Of a stretch of DNA of 12,531 nucleotides, positions 1 to 7,676 are shown piece after piece (the first letter of the stretch is position 1; each line of letters opens with the position of its first letter). Origin of the DNA: Chthonomonadales bacterium (GTDB lineage Bacteria; Armatimonadota; Chthonomonadetes; Chthonomonadales; Chthonomonadaceae). The stretch spans positions 1-12,531 of the forward strand of contig JBBQPO010000182.1 of the NCBI GenBank assembly GCA_038217285.1, written 5' to 3'. The notes beneath the pieces are model-generated. The model was not told the DNA's origin, searched no databases, and worked only from the letters and a program-made list of their open reading frames with translations. Made by a program: the position numbers and the translations under genes.

Positions 1-2151
1 ATGTTCTGCGAGACTGCGTGCCGCTTCGACGTAGGTGGGATCGTTCATCAGCACCAGCGCCTGCAAGGGCGTATTGGAGCGCGGCCGATCTGCCACGCAC
101 TCCTCCCGCGAAGGCGCATCGAAGGCGAGCAGGCTCGGATTGAGGAAGGTGCGCTTCCAGTAGGTGTAGAGGCCGCGCCGATAGAGATCCTCGCCGTGGT
201 CCTGTTTGTAGAGGAGAGGCCCGGCGAAGGTGTTGCAGTGGTCCCAGTAGCCGGCCGGCTGGTAGGGGAAGACGCTGCGCCCGCCGACCTTATCCACGAG
301 CAGGCCACTCACTGCCAGCGCGTTGTCGCGCACCGTTTCGGCGTCGAGCCGGAAGCGGCTCTGCCGCGCCAGCAGCATATTGTAGGGGTCGCGCTCCCGC
401 AGCGCCTTCGTGGTCTGGGAGGACTGCCGGTAGGTGTTCGACATCACGACCGTCTTCATCATATGCTTGATGTCCCAGCCGCTCTCCCTAAAGTCGGTTG
501 CCAGCCAGTCCAGCAGCTCCGGATGCGTGGGCGGCGCGCCCTGCGTGCCGAAATCACCGGGGGTGCGGACGATGCCCGCGCCGAACAGCAGCATCCAGAG
601 CCGGTTCACCGTGACCCGCGCCGTCAATGGATTGTCACGGGAGACGATCCAGCGAGCCAGGTCTAGCCGTGTGGCGCGTGTGGGGCTGAGCATGGCGGTC
701 TGGAGGAAGCCGGGCACAGCGGGCGCGACGACTTCGCCCGTCTCATCCTGCCAGTTGCCGCGCGGCAGGAGACGGGTAACGGTCGGCGCGACCGCGACGG
801 TCACCATCATGTGCGTGATCTGACCGTCGAGCGCGAGGCGCTGCTTTTCGGTTTCGGCGAGCGTCTTGCGCAGCGGCTCCTGAGCGGCGGGAGCAGTGGC
901 GGCCTCCAGCTCTTTCTTCTGACGCACCATCTCCGCGTCGAACTGCGCCAGTTTGGCAGCCTGGTCCGCGCTCGGCAGTGGAATCAGGGGGTCGAGGTCG
1001 TCTTTGCCGTTCGGATAGAGTCCGACCTGCTGGATGTCAGCGAAAAAGGCCCCGAAGCTGTAAAAGTCTTTCGCGGTGAACGGGTCGTACTTGTGGTTGT
1101 GGCACTCCGCGCAGCCGAGGGTCGCGCCCTGCCATACCAGCGAGGTGGTGCGAATGCGCTCGGCCATGTATTTAGCAAGATACTCTTTCGGCTGCGCGCC
1201 GCCTTCACGGGTAACCATATTGAGGCGATTATAGCCGGATGCGATGCGGTTTTCCGTCGTCGGGGAAGGCAGCAGATCTCCCGCGAGCTGCTGGACGGTG
1301 AACGTGTCGAACGGCATGTTCTGATTGAACGCCGTAATGGTCCAGTCGCGGAACGGGTAGACGTTGCGGTTGCGATCGCCGTGATAGCCGTCGGTATCGG
1401 CATAGCGCACCAGATCGAGCCACTGCTGCGCCATCCGTTCGCCATAGTGGGGTGAAGCCAGCAGACGGTCCACCTGTTTTTCATAGGCGTTGGACGACGT
1501 GTCCTGGACAAACGCCTCGACCTCCGCGACGGTCGGAGGCAGGCCGGTCAGGTCGAAGGAGAGGCGGCGCAGCAAGACCGCACGATCAGCGGTTTTCGTG
1601 GGGCGCAGTCCCTCCTGCACCAGTCGTGCGGCAATAAAGCGGTCGATAGGAGTGCGCGACCATGCCGTCGGGTTCCAGGTCATTCCCTTAGTTCCGGCGA
1701 CCGTCGGCAGTTCGGGAGAGGAGGGGCAGCGCGGCAGAATGTAGGCCCAGTGGGGCGCATACTTCGCGCCCTGCGCGATCCAGCGGCGCAATACCTCGAT
1801 CTGCGGCGGCTTCAAGGTCTTACCGGTACTCGCAGGTGGCATGACCAAAGGAGACTTCGCCACCAGACGCGCAGCCATCTCGCTCGACTTCACCTGCCCC
1901 GGCACGATCGCGACGTGGCCGGACGCAAGCTTTGCTATCGCGCCCTCCGACTTATCCAGACGCAGCCCGGCCTGACGCTTGCTCGCGTCCTGCCCATGAC
2001 AGGAGAAGCAGTTTTCCGCCAGGATCGGCCGTACATCCCGGTTATAATCTACCGGCGGAACGGTCTTTGGTTTCACGGTCTGCGCTGTCGCTATGGTCGG
2101 CAAGAGCGCACAGAGAAGCGGTAACAGCAGGGAAGTCGGCAACCTTCGCAT
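1..2151 (-). CDS. PSD1 / planctomycete cytochrome c domain protein (PSCyt1 + DUF1549 + probably DUF1553), 3'-truncated by the window edge
   Basis: Manual minus-strand translation from ATG 2151: MRRLPTSLLLPLLCALLPTIATAQ (signal peptide)...VDYNRDVRPILAENCFSCHGQD (CxxCH)...PIDRFIAARL...LLRRLSFDLTGLPPT...SPHYGERMAQQWLDLVRYADTDG...LGCAECHNHKYDP (second CxxCH), the typical DUF1549 motifs. Presumably absent from the ORF track because the stop lies outside the window; + ORFs 1..666, 811..1455 and 1750..2124 are in its antisense codon register. Confidence 0.92.
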   Translation of the reverse strand, partial: MRRLPTSLLLPLLCALLPTIATAQTVKPKTVPPVDYNRDVRPILAENCFSCHGQDASKRQAGLRLDKSEGAIAKLASGHVAIVPGQVKSSEMAARLVAKSPLVMPPASTGKTLKPPQIEVLRRWIAQGAKYAPHWAYILPRCPSSPELPTVAGTKGMTWNPTAWSRTPIDRFIAARLVQEGLRPTKTADRAVLLRRLSFDLTGLPPTVAEVEAFVQDTSSNAYEKQVDRLLASPHYGERMAQQWLDLVRYADTDGYHGDRNRNVYPFRDWTITAFNQNMPFDTFTVQQLAGDLLPSPTTENRIASGYNRLNMVTREGGAQPKEYLAKYMAERIRTTSLVWQGATLGCAECHNHKYDPFTAKDFYSFGAFFADIQQVGLYPNGKDDLDPLIPLPSADQAAKLAQFDAEMVRQKKELEAATAPAAQEPLRKTLAETEKQRLALDGQITHMMVTVAVAPTVTRLLPRGNWQDETGEVVAPAVPGFLQTAMLSPTRATRLDLARWIVSRDNPLTARVTVNRLWMLLFGAGIVRTPGDFGTQGAPPTHPELLDWLATDFRESGWDIKHMMKTVVMSNTYRQSSQTTKALRERDPYNMLLARQSRFRLDAETVRDNALAVSGLLVDKVGGRSVFPYQPAGYWDHCNTFAGPLLYKQDHGEDLYRRGLYTYWKRTFLNPSLLAFDAPSREECVADRPRSNTPLQALVLMNDPTYVEAARSLAEH

Positions 2152-2181
2152 AGTCCATCCTTGTCTCTGTAAGGGTAAATG

Positions 2182-2210
2182 AGTATATCACCCTATGAGA
2201 GTGTTGGCAA
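2182..2210 (-). promoter_or_regulatory. sigma70-type promoter of the PSD1/cytochrome c gene
   Basis: Minus strand TTGCCA (2210-2205), 17 bp spacer, TATACT (2187-2182) with extended TGn, ~30 bp upstream of ATG 2151. Confidence 0.7.
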
Positions 2211-2280
2211 GGGTGGGATGTTGCTGGAAACCTATAGAATCCGGTTGAGAGCAGGGCCACTCGCCTCCCAACGGAACCGC

Positions 2281-2637
2281 CGCTTTACCGGGCGACCTAA
2301 CCCCCCGGCCCCCTTCCCGACGCGGCTTATCTTGTCCCTTAAGACCGCCGCCCTAAAGGAGCGGCCTGTTGGGGAAGTTAAGGCCCATAAATGGGCCTGC
2401 GAGGGTTGAAATGGACAGCAAATCTCTCCACCAGCGATGGCTGACACCCTGTTTCCTTGCGCCATCGTCCCTGCTCACATCCGACCCAGCCCCCTTTAGG
2501 GGGCTTACCGCATCAGACCGCTCCTTGAGGGGCGGGGAGCAAAGCGCGAGGCGGTCGTTCTTTGTCACATTTCCCTACGGGGCAAGATAAGCCGACACGG
2601 GAAGGGGGTGCCCGAACACGTACTGATCTCGTTGTGT
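2281..2637 (+). repeat. REP-like palindromic element, left copy (interrupted by an insertion at 2326-2591)
   Basis: cgctttaccgggcgacctaaccccccggcccccttcccgacgcgg (2281-2325) resumes as gaagggggtgcccgaaca (2601-2618); it matches the reverse complement of 2724-2807. Confidence 0.8.
2326..2591. mobile_element. 266-bp non-autonomous MITE-like insertion
   Basis: Terminal inverted repeats cttatcttgtccc (2326-2338) / ggggcaagataag (2579-2591), 12 of 13 matching; flanking 9-bp direct repeat ccgacgcgg (2317-2325) / ccgacacgg (2592-2600); the empty site occurs once in the sister repeat; no transposase. Confidence 0.75.
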
Positions 2638-2723
2638 CTGACCCTGTTTCGGGTTCTCTGCCACTCTGTTCGAGAGACAAGAGTGCATTGCAAAGGACTA
2701 TCTTCCAGGCACGATTTTGTTGA

Positions 2724-2807
2724 GCGCAACGAGGCTATTTCTTGTTGGGGCACCCCCCTTCCCGCGTCGGGAAGGGGGGCGGGGGGGTTAGGTCGCCCGG
2801 TAAAACG
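2724..2807 (-). repeat. REP-like palindromic element, intact right copy (inverted relative to the left)
   Basis: Minus strand reads cgttttaccgggcgacctaacccccccgccccccttcccgacgcgggaaggggggtgccccaacaag; strong hairpin ccccccttccc-gacgc-gggaagggggg just downstream of the sod stop. Confidence 0.8.
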
Positions 2808-2849
2808 CAGAGGAAACCGGCAGACCGTCCGATGGGAAAGGCGTGGAAC

Positions 2850-3473
2850 TTAACCCTTGACGGCGGCGAAGCGCTCGGCGACCTTGTCCCAGTTGACGAC
2901 GTTCCACCAGGCGGCGAGGTAGTCGACGCGCTTGTTCTGGTATTTCAGGTAGTAGGCATGTTCCCACACGTCCACGCCGAGCAGAGGAGTCCTACCTTCG
3001 GAGAGCGGGTTGTCCTGATTGGGGGTGCTAACCACGGAGAGCGCGCCCATATTGTCGGCGACCAGCCAGGCCCAGCCGCTGCCGAACCGCTTGGCACCGG
3101 CCTCGTTGATGGCCTTCTTGAGGGCGTCGAGGTCGCCGAAGGTGGCGTTGATGGTCTCCGCCAGCGCACCGGTCGGTGTGCTGCTGCCACCGGGGGTCAT
3201 GATCTCCCAGAACAGGGTGTGGTTGGCATGACCGCCGCCGTTGTTGCGGATCGCGGTGCGGGTGGCGTCCGGCACGGGCAGGGTATCGAGGTTGATCAGA
3301 ATCACTTCGATGCTCTGCTCGGTAATCGCGTGGAAATCTTTCAGAGCGGCGTTCAGGTTGGTAACGTAGGCGGCGTGATGCTTATCGTGGTGAATCTGCA
3401 TCGTGGCCGTATCGATGGTCGGTTCCAGCGCTGCATAGTCGTAGGGCAGCGGGGGGAGGGTAAACTCGGGCAT
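2850..3473 (-). CDS. sodA: Superoxide dismutase, Mn/Fe family (Mn-type signature)
   Basis: [66 protein letters not shown] and NQD are the Mn-SOD pattern; AAGGAG RBS upstream. Confidence 0.97.
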   Translation of the reverse strand: MPEFTLPPLPYDYAALEPTIDTATMQIHHDKHHAAYVTNLNAALKDFHAITEQSIEVILINLDTLPVPDATRTAIRNNGGGHANHTLFWEIMTPGGSSTPTGALAETINATFGDLDALKKAINEAGAKRFGSGWAWLVADNMGALSVVSTPNQDNPLSEGRTPLLGVDVWEHAYYLKYQNKRVDYLAAWWNVVNWDKVAERFAAVKG

Positions 3474-3651
3474 AGTGAAGACTCCTTCGAGAGATCGTTC
3501 GCAGGTTGGCGTCCCGTCGGTTGCGGGCGTCCGAAAGGGGGTGCATCGCAGCGCTCCCCTCTCTCATACAATTACTGCACAGCCGGTACGAATCCCTGCC
3601 GAATTACCGGATCAGGCAACAAGTACGACCACGCGACATTCCTAACTACGC

Positions 3652-3693
3652 ATTATACCGTCAGTTAGTGCGAGCCCTTGAAATGGTCAAGGG
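3652..3693 (-). promoter_or_regulatory. Putative sod promoter -10 with an upstream palindrome
   Basis: TATAAT on the minus strand at 3657-3652; perfect inverted repeat CCCTTGA-N5-TCAAGGG at 3675-3693; no good -35 at 17 bp spacing. Confidence 0.4.
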
Positions 3694-3835
3694 ACGTTGT
3701 CCCTCGCGACGCGCGTAGAAGGAAGCCCTTCGGGCACCCCAAATCCTTCGCTTCTGCGCACTGGTAAAAACGAATCTCCATTTACTTTCCTTCCAAGTGC
3801 GTGATAGTTCGGTCACCCTGCTGGCGTCGCACCTG

Positions 3836-4912
3836 TCAGACTCGGACTGTGGGACGCCGCCATCTTGCCTGGGCTCCCAATAACAATACCAGAAGGATCG
3901 CCAGACCCACAAGAAAATGCCAGGGGAACGGCGCCGGGGGAGAGGTTGTCGTATACCTCTCCTCGAAGATTCTTTTGCCATGAGCGCCGATCGAGTATCG
4001 TGTGAGCGTGGCGCTGTCGTACAAAATCTATCCCTTGGACATCGTCGCATCGAAGCGGCTATCCGGAACGTTGTTCACCTCATACGAAATGTCCTTGTAG
4101 TCAACCTTGGATTGGAATGCGTCACTTCCGTCCGTACGCCTGACGGTTTCGATTGAGCAGACGCCAGGCATCCATATACCACCCACCTTGACGGCGCTCA
4201 GACATCGAAGGGTTTCGACGATACTGGTGTTTGCCTTGTTGGGAAACGGATAGGATAACTCTGTGCGAACCGACATGTAGTTGTATTTGGGCGCGATCCA
4301 GAACCGGATCGTACTATTGTTGTCACTCCGGCAGGTCAGAATCGACAGCAGCCCGAACTTAGGATCCTGCGCGGTGCCGACAAGGGATCCATGCCCGGCT
4401 TTCAGCGCGGTCGCTATCCACATGCCGTTGACGAGATAACCGCAGTCAAGCGGCGATAGGAAGTTTATGTGGGGCGCAGTCTGGACATCATCGCGGTGAT
4501 AGCCGGTACGTACAGCCGTTCCGGTCGATTCAAAATGGTGTTCCTCTTTTCCATCAAATATTCGGATCGCTGCTCGATGGTGTTTGGCATCGGCTTTCTG
4601 GTAAGCGTTCTGCTTGGTGACATCCTTTGTATCGGTCACTTGCTCATAGTATTTTGGCCCCTTGAAGGCCCACTTCACATCCGTTACAGTCTGCAAACCG
4701 TAGTCTGATGGAGCCTCTATCATAGTTGCATAGCTCCCGGACATGGCATGGACGTCGGTGTACTTGGCAGAGACGGAGCGCAGTTGGCCAGGATGTGCCT
4801 CAAGCCCGCGCAGGAGCGTAGCGTAATCGGGAGCCCTGCCTTGCGCCTGACCGAAATCGGGCAGTACGATCCCAACAAGAATGAAACAGAAGTAGAGGTG
4901 TGGTAATCGCAT
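3836..4912 (-). pseudogene. Secreted hypothetical protein with a C-terminal TM anchor, interrupted by in-frame TAG at 4028-4030 (294-aa product if terminated there)
   Basis: AGGAG RBS + ATG 4912, signal-peptide-like MRLPHLYFCFILVGIVLPDFGQAQ; ORFs 4028..4960 and 3836..4024 share a frame: ...FDATMSKG*ILYDSATLTRY...FPWHFLVGLAILLVLLLGAQARWRRPTVRV. Confidence 0.65.
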
Positions 4913-4976
4913 TGTTGTTCTCCTGGGCAGGGCATCCGGCCTGCCTGTCGGCGCTTGCAAGGGTCGGGGCAGATTG

Positions 4977-5414
4977 CTAGCGCCGGACCTGGCCGATATT
5001 GGCGAGGCGGTCGAGGGTGCGAACCGTGGAGAGACGCTGCTGGAGGGCGCGGTCCACTTTGAGCATCAGCAGCTCGAACACATCGACATCAGGAATATTC
5101 TTCTCCACATAGTCGAAAGCTCCCATCTTCATACACTCGACCGCGTTCTTGACGTTGCCGTAGGCCGTCAGAACGATCACCTCTGTGAAGACATCGCGCT
5201 CGACGGCGGCTTTGAGCATCCGGATGCCGCTGTCACCCTCTTCCATGCTCATGTCGGTAATGACCACATCGTAGGAGGGGCCGCCGTCCTGCAGCGCCGC
5301 GATCCCTGCCGCCGAGCTGTCGGCCAGAAGAACCAGATGCCCGTCCCGCTCCAAACGCCGTTTCAGCGCCTCCCGCACGGCCTCTTCATCGTCCACAACC
5401 AGAATTCTGCTCAT
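4977..5414 (-). CDS. Stand-alone response regulator (NtrC-like receiver, no output domain)
   Basis: MSRILVVDDE, phosphoacceptor in ITDMSM, VLTAYG, GAFDYVEK; GAGGAG RBS precedes ATG 5414; lies directly downstream of the kinase. Confidence 0.92.
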   Translation of the reverse strand: MSRILVVDDEEAVREALKRRLERDGHLVLLADSSAAGIAALQDGGPSYDVVITDMSMEEGDSGIRMLKAAVERDVFTEVIVLTAYGNVKNAVECMKMGAFDYVEKNIPDVDVFELLMLKVDRALQQRLSTVRTLDRLANIGQVRR

Positions 5415-5427
5415 AGGTTCGTTCTCC

Positions 5428-7209
5428 TCAATTTTCACTCTCTATGGGTAGGAAGATCCGGAACTGCGCGCCTTGCCCGGGCTCTCCGGTCTCCCGAATT
5501 TTGCCGTGATGCGCGTCCACAATCCCCTTCACGATGGAAAGGCCGAGGCCCATTCCCTTGACGCGGGAGGAGAAGAACGGCGTAAAGATCTTCTCTTTAA
5601 GCTCCGCCGGAACCCCCGGCCCGGAATCGGCGAAGGTGATCTGAAGGTAGGCGCGGGAGGGAGAGAGCCGAACGAATGCTGGCCCCTCGCCCGGTGCGAC
5701 CTGGACCACTCCGACGGTCAACGTGCCGCCCTCCGGCATGAAACTCACGGCGTTCTCGATCAGCTCCGCGAAGGCTCGTTTCAGCTTCTCCCCGTCGCAG
5801 CGCAGTGCAGGCAGACCGGGCGCATACGCTGCGACCAACTTTACCGGACTGCGCTTCGGGAAAGTCTCGGAGACAGTCTCCTGCACCAGAGCCGCGATGT
5901 CGGTGGGGCGCAGCGTCAACTGGGTCGCCATCACGAAGTCGCGGAACTCCCGCAGAATATCTTCCAGCCGATAGACGCCGCGCTCGATGCTCTCTACCAG
6001 CGCGCCCACCTCCTGATTCATATTCAGGTGCGCCAGCGCCTGCGGGTCCGTACACTGCGCGAGCAGGTATTTCAACTCGTTCAGGTCGCCCTTGATCGCG
6101 AAGGTGCGATTGCCGATCATATGCGCCGACTTCGCCGAAAGCTCGCCCCACGCCGCCATCCGCTCGGAACGCACGACACGGTTGAAATTTCGGATGTTGT
6201 CTACCGCGATGCCTACCTGTCCGGCAATGGTCGTCAGCACCCGCTCGTCGCTTTCGGTGAAGCGCGCGCGGAACCAGGCAGGCGTGGCCCGCGGGCGGGA
6301 GACCCGCAGCACGCCCAGCGTCCGCTCCCGGCCTAGGATCGGCACCGCCAGAAACGCGCTGCGCTCGTCCCGCGAAAACTCCGGGTAACGGCCCAGCCAG
6401 CGCGGATCGTCCCGAGGATCGTCCAGGCGAATCGTCTGCCCTGTCAGCCCGACGGTTCCAGTCAGCCCCTCGCCGAGTTTATAGAAGGCCGTCCCGACAT
6501 CTGCCAGAAGGTAGCCGCGCGTCGCCTGCAAGACCAGGGTCTCCCGCGTCTCGTCGAGCAGAAACAGGGAACAGCCCTCACAGCGCAGGGCTTCCGCCGC
6601 CACCTCCACGACCCGGCGGGCCAGCGGCTTGATCTCGGAGGTCGCGGCCAGGTCGCGCCCGATCTGCACCAGCAGGCGCTCCCGGCTGCGATACTCTTCA
6701 AAGGCGAGGGCGGCAGCAATGGCGTTTGCGAAGGTGGTCAGCCAGTCCAGATGCTCCCGGCGAAAGTGGTTCAGCGCCTCGCTGTCCACATGCAACACAC
6801 CGCTGACCCGGCCTTCGGCATCGAAGAACGGCGCGGCGATCTCACTGCGCACCTCGGCGAAAAACTGCACATAGTGCGGGTCTACGCGGACATCGGGGCA
6901 GAGATAGGGCTTTCCCGTTATCGCGACATATCCGGTGATGCCGCGCTGCGTCTCGTTGTGCGGCTGCAAGCGGATACGCTCTATCTCTTCGGTCCACCCT
7001 TCGCCCGCCGTCTCCACCACGGCCAGCTCGCCCGTCTCCTGCACCACCCGTGCCAGAAAGGCGCGCTTGCCTCCCGTCAGCCGCACGGCGTCCTGCAGAG
7101 TCTCGTGCAGAAAGTCGCGGGAGGCGTGCTGGGTCAGCGACAGGCTCAACAGACAGTTGGCGACGGTCAGAAAATCAGCGGGGGCAGGCAGCGGGGTCTC
7201 GTCCGGCAT
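5428..7209 (-). CDS. Soluble sensor histidine kinase, GAF-GAF-HisKA-HATPase
   Basis: Two GAF-type segments (GITGYVAITGKP..DVRVDPHY..RSEIAAP; LGEGLTGTVGLTG..DDPRW..AFLAVPI..GVLRV); H box SAHMIGN, N box ELIENA, G1 DSGPG, F box IFTPFFS, G2 GMGLGL; no clear TM helix. Confidence 0.95.
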   Translation of the reverse strand: MPDETPLPAPADFLTVANCLLSLSLTQHASRDFLHETLQDAVRLTGGKRAFLARVVQETGELAVVETAGEGWTEEIERIRLQPHNETQRGITGYVAITGKPYLCPDVRVDPHYVQFFAEVRSEIAAPFFDAEGRVSGVLHVDSEALNHFRREHLDWLTTFANAIAAALAFEEYRSRERLLVQIGRDLAATSEIKPLARRVVEVAAEALRCEGCSLFLLDETRETLVLQATRGYLLADVGTAFYKLGEGLTGTVGLTGQTIRLDDPRDDPRWLGRYPEFSRDERSAFLAVPILGRERTLGVLRVSRPRATPAWFRARFTESDERVLTTIAGQVGIAVDNIRNFNRVVRSERMAAWGELSAKSAHMIGNRTFAIKGDLNELKYLLAQCTDPQALAHLNMNQEVGALVESIERGVYRLEDILREFRDFVMATQLTLRPTDIAALVQETVSETFPKRSPVKLVAAYAPGLPALRCDGEKLKRAFAELIENAVSFMPEGGTLTVGVVQVAPGEGPAFVRLSPSRAYLQITFADSGPGVPAELKEKIFTPFFSSRVKGMGLGLSIVKGIVDAHHGKIRETGEPGQGAQFRIFLPIESEN

Positions 7210-7248
7210 GGTGAACCTTTCCGAAGATCGAGGGCGTCAATTCGGAGT

Positions 7249-7277
7249 AGTATACCCGTCTCCCGGCCCGGCGTCAA
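7249..7277 (-). promoter_or_regulatory. sigma70-type promoter of the kinase-receiver operon
   Basis: Minus strand TTGACG (7277-7272), 17 bp spacer, TATACT (7254-7249), 40 bp upstream of ATG 7209. Confidence 0.75.
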
Positions 7278-7316
7278 CGCTCACAAAACAGACATCAGGC
7301 AGGAGAGGCGATAAGG

Positions 7317-7322
7317 TATAAT
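7317..7322 (+). promoter_or_regulatory. -10 element for the divergent 7354 ORF
   Basis: TATAAT at 7317-7322 upstream of the AAGGAG RBS; no recognisable -35. Confidence 0.45.
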
Positions 7323-7353
7323 CATCCCCGAGACAGAAGGAGAACCGCAGACG

Positions 7354-7614
7354 ATGAAAGCGCAATTCGAGGGCATGCGACCGGGTGAACCGGTAATTAG
7401 GGACGAGGAAGGACGGCGCATCGCGGTCGTGCTGCGAATCGTGCCGGAGACGCCGGAAGAGGTCGCCGAACTCAAGAAGTTCTGCCGACTGACCGATGCT
7501 TTTGCGTTCACTATCGACGAAGAGTACCGCGTCAACGAGGCCCATATCTACCCCGTCTACGGCGAGCGTACTTTCCCGATCGTTCCGAAAAATATTTATG
7601 ACGAGAGTCTCTGA
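7354..7614 (+). CDS. Small hypothetical protein (86 aa)
   Basis: AAGGAG RBS, ATG start, GC-rich third codon positions, fills the gap ahead of the 7677 gene; no family recognised. Confidence 0.75.
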   Translation: MKAQFEGMRPGEPVIRDEEGRRIAVVLRIVPETPEEVAELKKFCRLTDAFAFTIDEEYRVNEAHIYPVYGERTFPIVPKNIYDESL

Positions 7615-7676
7615 AGCCTCTCCCTGTCACAGGCTCTCGCCAGCAGGGAAGAGCGTTTCCAGCCCTTCACTATCTT

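Noticed and set aside
1-2124. + strand ORFs 1..666, 811..1455 and 1750..2124
   Set aside because: Antisense shadows in exact codon register of the minus-strand PSD1/cytochrome c gene; no recognisable protein features.
2179-2853. Short ORFs in the repeat island, two sharing GAGGLGRPVKRR
   Set aside because: The shared peptide is just translation of the inverted DNA repeat; no transposase motifs.
3520-3570. yybP-ykoY Mn riboswitch upstream of sod (AGAGGGGAG motif)
   Set aside because: Only the GGGGAG run is similar; the other conserved elements were not found.
2742-3668. 308-aa + ORF, and similar + ORFs over the kinase and receiver (4974..5561, 5473..6336, 6751..7314)
   Set aside because: Antisense to clearly recognisable genes.
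4028-4030. Pyrrolysine or genetic-code reassignment of TAG
   Set aside because: TAG ends the receiver, GHL10 and PEP-CTERM-like genes normally, and no pyl genes are present in the window.
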